Source: Bugula neritina (lineage: Eukaryota; Animalia; Bryozoa). From it: 64,000 bases of DNA. Shown here piece after piece: positions 61,301 through 64,000 of the stretch; the first letter of the stretch is position 1, and every line of letters begins with the position of its first letter. The position numbers and the translations under genes are program-made. The stretch spans positions 5,003,929-5,067,928 of the forward strand of contig OZ037769.1 in assembly GCA_964035545.1 (NCBI GenBank), written 5' to 3'. The notes under the pieces were generated by a model that saw only the letters and a list, made by a program, of their open reading frames with translations, searched no databases and was not told the DNA's origin.

Positions 61301-61779
61301 CACCAAACAGAGCGCCTGACACCAGAACTAATAGAAGGCAAAGTAATCCACCAAACAGAGCACCTGGCACCAGAACCAATAGAAGGCAGAGCAACTCAGG
61401 AGGTCAAAGGTCCAGCATAAGTGGCAGAGACCGAGCTTCAAACAATCGAAGAAGACTTCCATGCACTGATGATGACGAGGATTGTATATCAGGTGATGGA
61501 ATTCCTCTACCCGTAGAGATTACAGATGATGAGCCGGCAGACAGACTAGATGAAGGTCAGAATACTAACAGATTCCGTAATACTATCGTCAACAACTTCA
61601 GACCAAGTTTCATGCTAAATTCTAACCAGCCACTTGACCGTCTGAGGAGCAATGAGCCTGTGCAGAGTCGTCAAGTTAATGTTGCAGGACATGCTCAACT
61701 AAGGAGCTTGGCGAATACAAATTATCCATATGTCTTTTTTATGATTGCTACTGCTTTGGTTAGTTGGATGTTCTTCTGA
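55397..61779 (+). CDS. Uncharacterised 1847-aa secreted Pro/Ser/Tyr/Arg-rich repetitive protein with a C-terminal GPI-signal or TM segment. Exons 55397-55441 and 56281-61779.
   Basis: Exon 1 MQLSAYIFILVAAKQ|gtattt splices in phase 0 to ctgcag|GTATCAGAA, which is in frame with the 1795-aa ORF. All repeat periods are multiples of 3. Ends YPYVFFMIATALVSWMFF*, with AATAAA at ~61795. Confidence 0.85.
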
Positions 61780-63299
61780 TAGTACAACACTACAAATAAA
61801 CTGCTCAAAAAGTTTTTAAATTTGTTTTAAAAGACACAGCTTAGAGTAGCATTTCAGCATACACTAGGTTAGAATATTATTGTCACAGACTTAAAACTTT
61901 TTTACTAATATTACATACATGCATTTTATTCTTTGTATTATGGCTGGTTTTGTAGCAATGGTTCATATTTTGGAAACTTTAATTATCATGCTTAATTGCT
62001 CATATGCATATTTTGTAAAGTTTTGGACTTGTTCAAAGGGACTAAAGGTTAATAAACTGTTCCAAACTACTCATTGCGTAACTCTGGTTATGTGATATTC
62101 CAATTCTTAACTTTGCAATCCCACAACGCACTTCGATAAGTGCGTTAGGCTGTCAATATGCATGTATAATTAAATACATGAATGACCGATTTTACAAAAT
62201 ACTATGAATTTTAGTAATAAAAAACTCATTTGCTCTCAAGAAAACAATAGTCAATCAATAATGTATTGTTAACAAACTACAGTACTAATTATTTATTAAA
62301 CAACTGTTTTGCATTTAAACTGATAGTGATTATATAACCACTGACTTTAGCAGGGCTGGAAAATCATTAATCACCACATCAATATAAATACAGTTTGATT
62401 TGCAACAAAAGCACTTGCATGTGTTCCTAAAATTGAATAAACTAATAATTGGATTTTATACGTGCATCAGCTTAAACGGAGCATGTAGAAAATAATAAAA
62501 TCCGTTAACAAGATGTACATTCAATAATTACATTTGATGGCATAGAGAGACGATTCACATAGCTCAAAGTTTTTCATTATGTAGAGTTTTGGTTTCTATT
62601 ACTACTTTAAAGTGGATCACTTCCACCCACAAATACTGGTTGCATAATTTAATCTCCAGAACTTTTAGTATATTTTTTTCTGCTTGATATGAATCACTTT
62701 CTGTAAACAATTTACTGTAAAATACTAGGGAAAGTTGTGCTATAGCTAGATGCCATTTTGTTTGTGTTCAATAAAGGCAGATATGTTGTGCTTATATCAA
62801 CAAATCTATTGAATTGTCACAACAGATATTTTTAAAGCAGTTCAATTGATTCAATCATCTATCATAATTGATAATATGAGCTGAGCTTTTCATTCTTCAG
62901 TTGGCATATTATCTCCTATTTATATTGATTGATTTGTTGCTATACGCTGTGTTAATTAGTTCTCGGGATAGTCTTGGCTTACCTTGTGGCATTGCTTGAT
63001 AGGTGAGTGAAATTCTTTCATTAAAATATCATATTTTATTAATGAGGTATAAGCTTACAGATCAAGCTGACTAATAAACTGATCTATTTATATTTTCAAG
63101 TTATTTGCTTTGGGTTATGTAAGAGGATTATTAGCAGGTTTTTAATTAGAAAAAAATTCAGGCATACTAACACTGTCTACCTGATACACAGGTTTACAAA
63201 AGATCAGCAAACCGGGGCTCATAACAAAGTATATTCTGTACATCCGATTTAAAAAAACTCACGATTTAAAAAAACTCACGATTTAAAAAACTCTTGCTA

Positions 63300-63503
63300 G
63301 TTTATAGTCGCTATCCCCGTGAGAAACCCCTGATGGAAAAGGTTGTTGTTATTAAACTGGGCTAAGTACTTATTTAAATGAGGCACAAGAGTAATTATGA
63401 CTGGATGCCCTTCCTAACATCACCAATGGTCTTTGTCTGGGATCAAACCAATGACTTCGTGCTTACTAGGCAAATTATCTAACCCCTAGACCATGGCTGC
63501 TCC
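63300..63503 (-). mobile_element. Full-length SINE family copy
   Basis: Reverse complement aligns end to end with 33425-33627. Confidence 0.85.
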
Positions 63504-63612
63504 CTGTACATTTGATTTAAGCTTCTCTATAATTACGCCACACCTTCCAATTGGTGACAGCAATACTTGTTTAAACTCTTTTGTTCAAAAGCTGGGAAAT
63601 ATTTTATTTAAA

Positions 63613-63654
63613 TAAAACTGCTGATAATAAGAATTCTTATTATCAGCAGTTTTA
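63613..63654. repeat. Perfect 42-bp palindrome
   Basis: TAAAACTGCTGATAATAAGAATTCTTATTATCAGCAGTTTTA. Confidence 0.9.
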
Positions 63655-64000
63655 AACAGTTTAGACTAAGTTTCACATTTCAAATAAGAGCTTTGGATTG
63701 GAATCTTTTACAAGAATATAATTTAAAGGATTGCTCTATATTAGTTTATTACAATCACATTATAATTATGAACTATAATCTAATGTGTATGCAAACAATT
63801 GTGACTTTGCAAAGGGATATATGCTTAGAAAACAGCTTTTCAAAATTCCAATTTTGAGGGAGGTAAAATTTTCAGCCATGAAAAAGAATAGCCTAATACG
63901 TGGCGTGTGAACGCCAGTAACTATGCTGCACGTGCTAACTATAACGCTAGTATTCAAGGTTGCTGAGCGCAACATCAACCAATAACGCTCAAGCAGTTAC

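Noticed and set aside
56426-61420. Many antisense and alternate-frame ORFs (CKVQEKGL..., LLLYLTE...)
   Set aside because: Shadows of the coding repeat. They are broken at every spacer, whereas the + frame stays open for 5.5 kb and has signal and anchor sequences.

Overview
AT-rich, intron-containing metazoan genomic DNA, probably from an aquatic invertebrate; the taxon is inferred from gene content and not proven. I built gene models by hand from GT-AG junctions and reading-frame continuity. The window holds seven protein-coding genes: the 5' part of cubilin (-, runs off the left edge), a complete IQCA1/DRC11 (-, 19 exons), BCAP31/29 (+, head-to-head with IQCA1), MRPS18B (-), a LITAF-domain gene (+), a CAP-EGF-ShKT-mucin-stalk gene with a probable GPI signal (+), and a 1847-aa secreted, hierarchically repetitive Pro/Tyr/Arg-rich protein with a probable GPI or TM tail (+). 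BCAP31 intron 1 carries an intact Ty3/Gypsy (Mag-like) LTR retrotransposon with identical 232-bp LTRs and a 5-bp TSD. There are also three different non-autonomous DNA transposons with TSDs (3, 4 and 8 bp), a dispersed tRNA-derived SINE family, tRNA-like cassettes, minisatellites and a ~720-bp (CA)n tract. The most interesting observations are (i) the (APSPVPYR)n surface protein next to the stalked CAP/ShKT protein, a candidate adhesive, cuticle or surface-coat module; (ii) an intronic minisatellite in the motile-cilia gene IQCA1 whose 31-bp unit is essentially two RFX X-box-like motifs; and (iii) a MITE inserted inside the LITAF splice donor that regenerates the GTAAG consensus.
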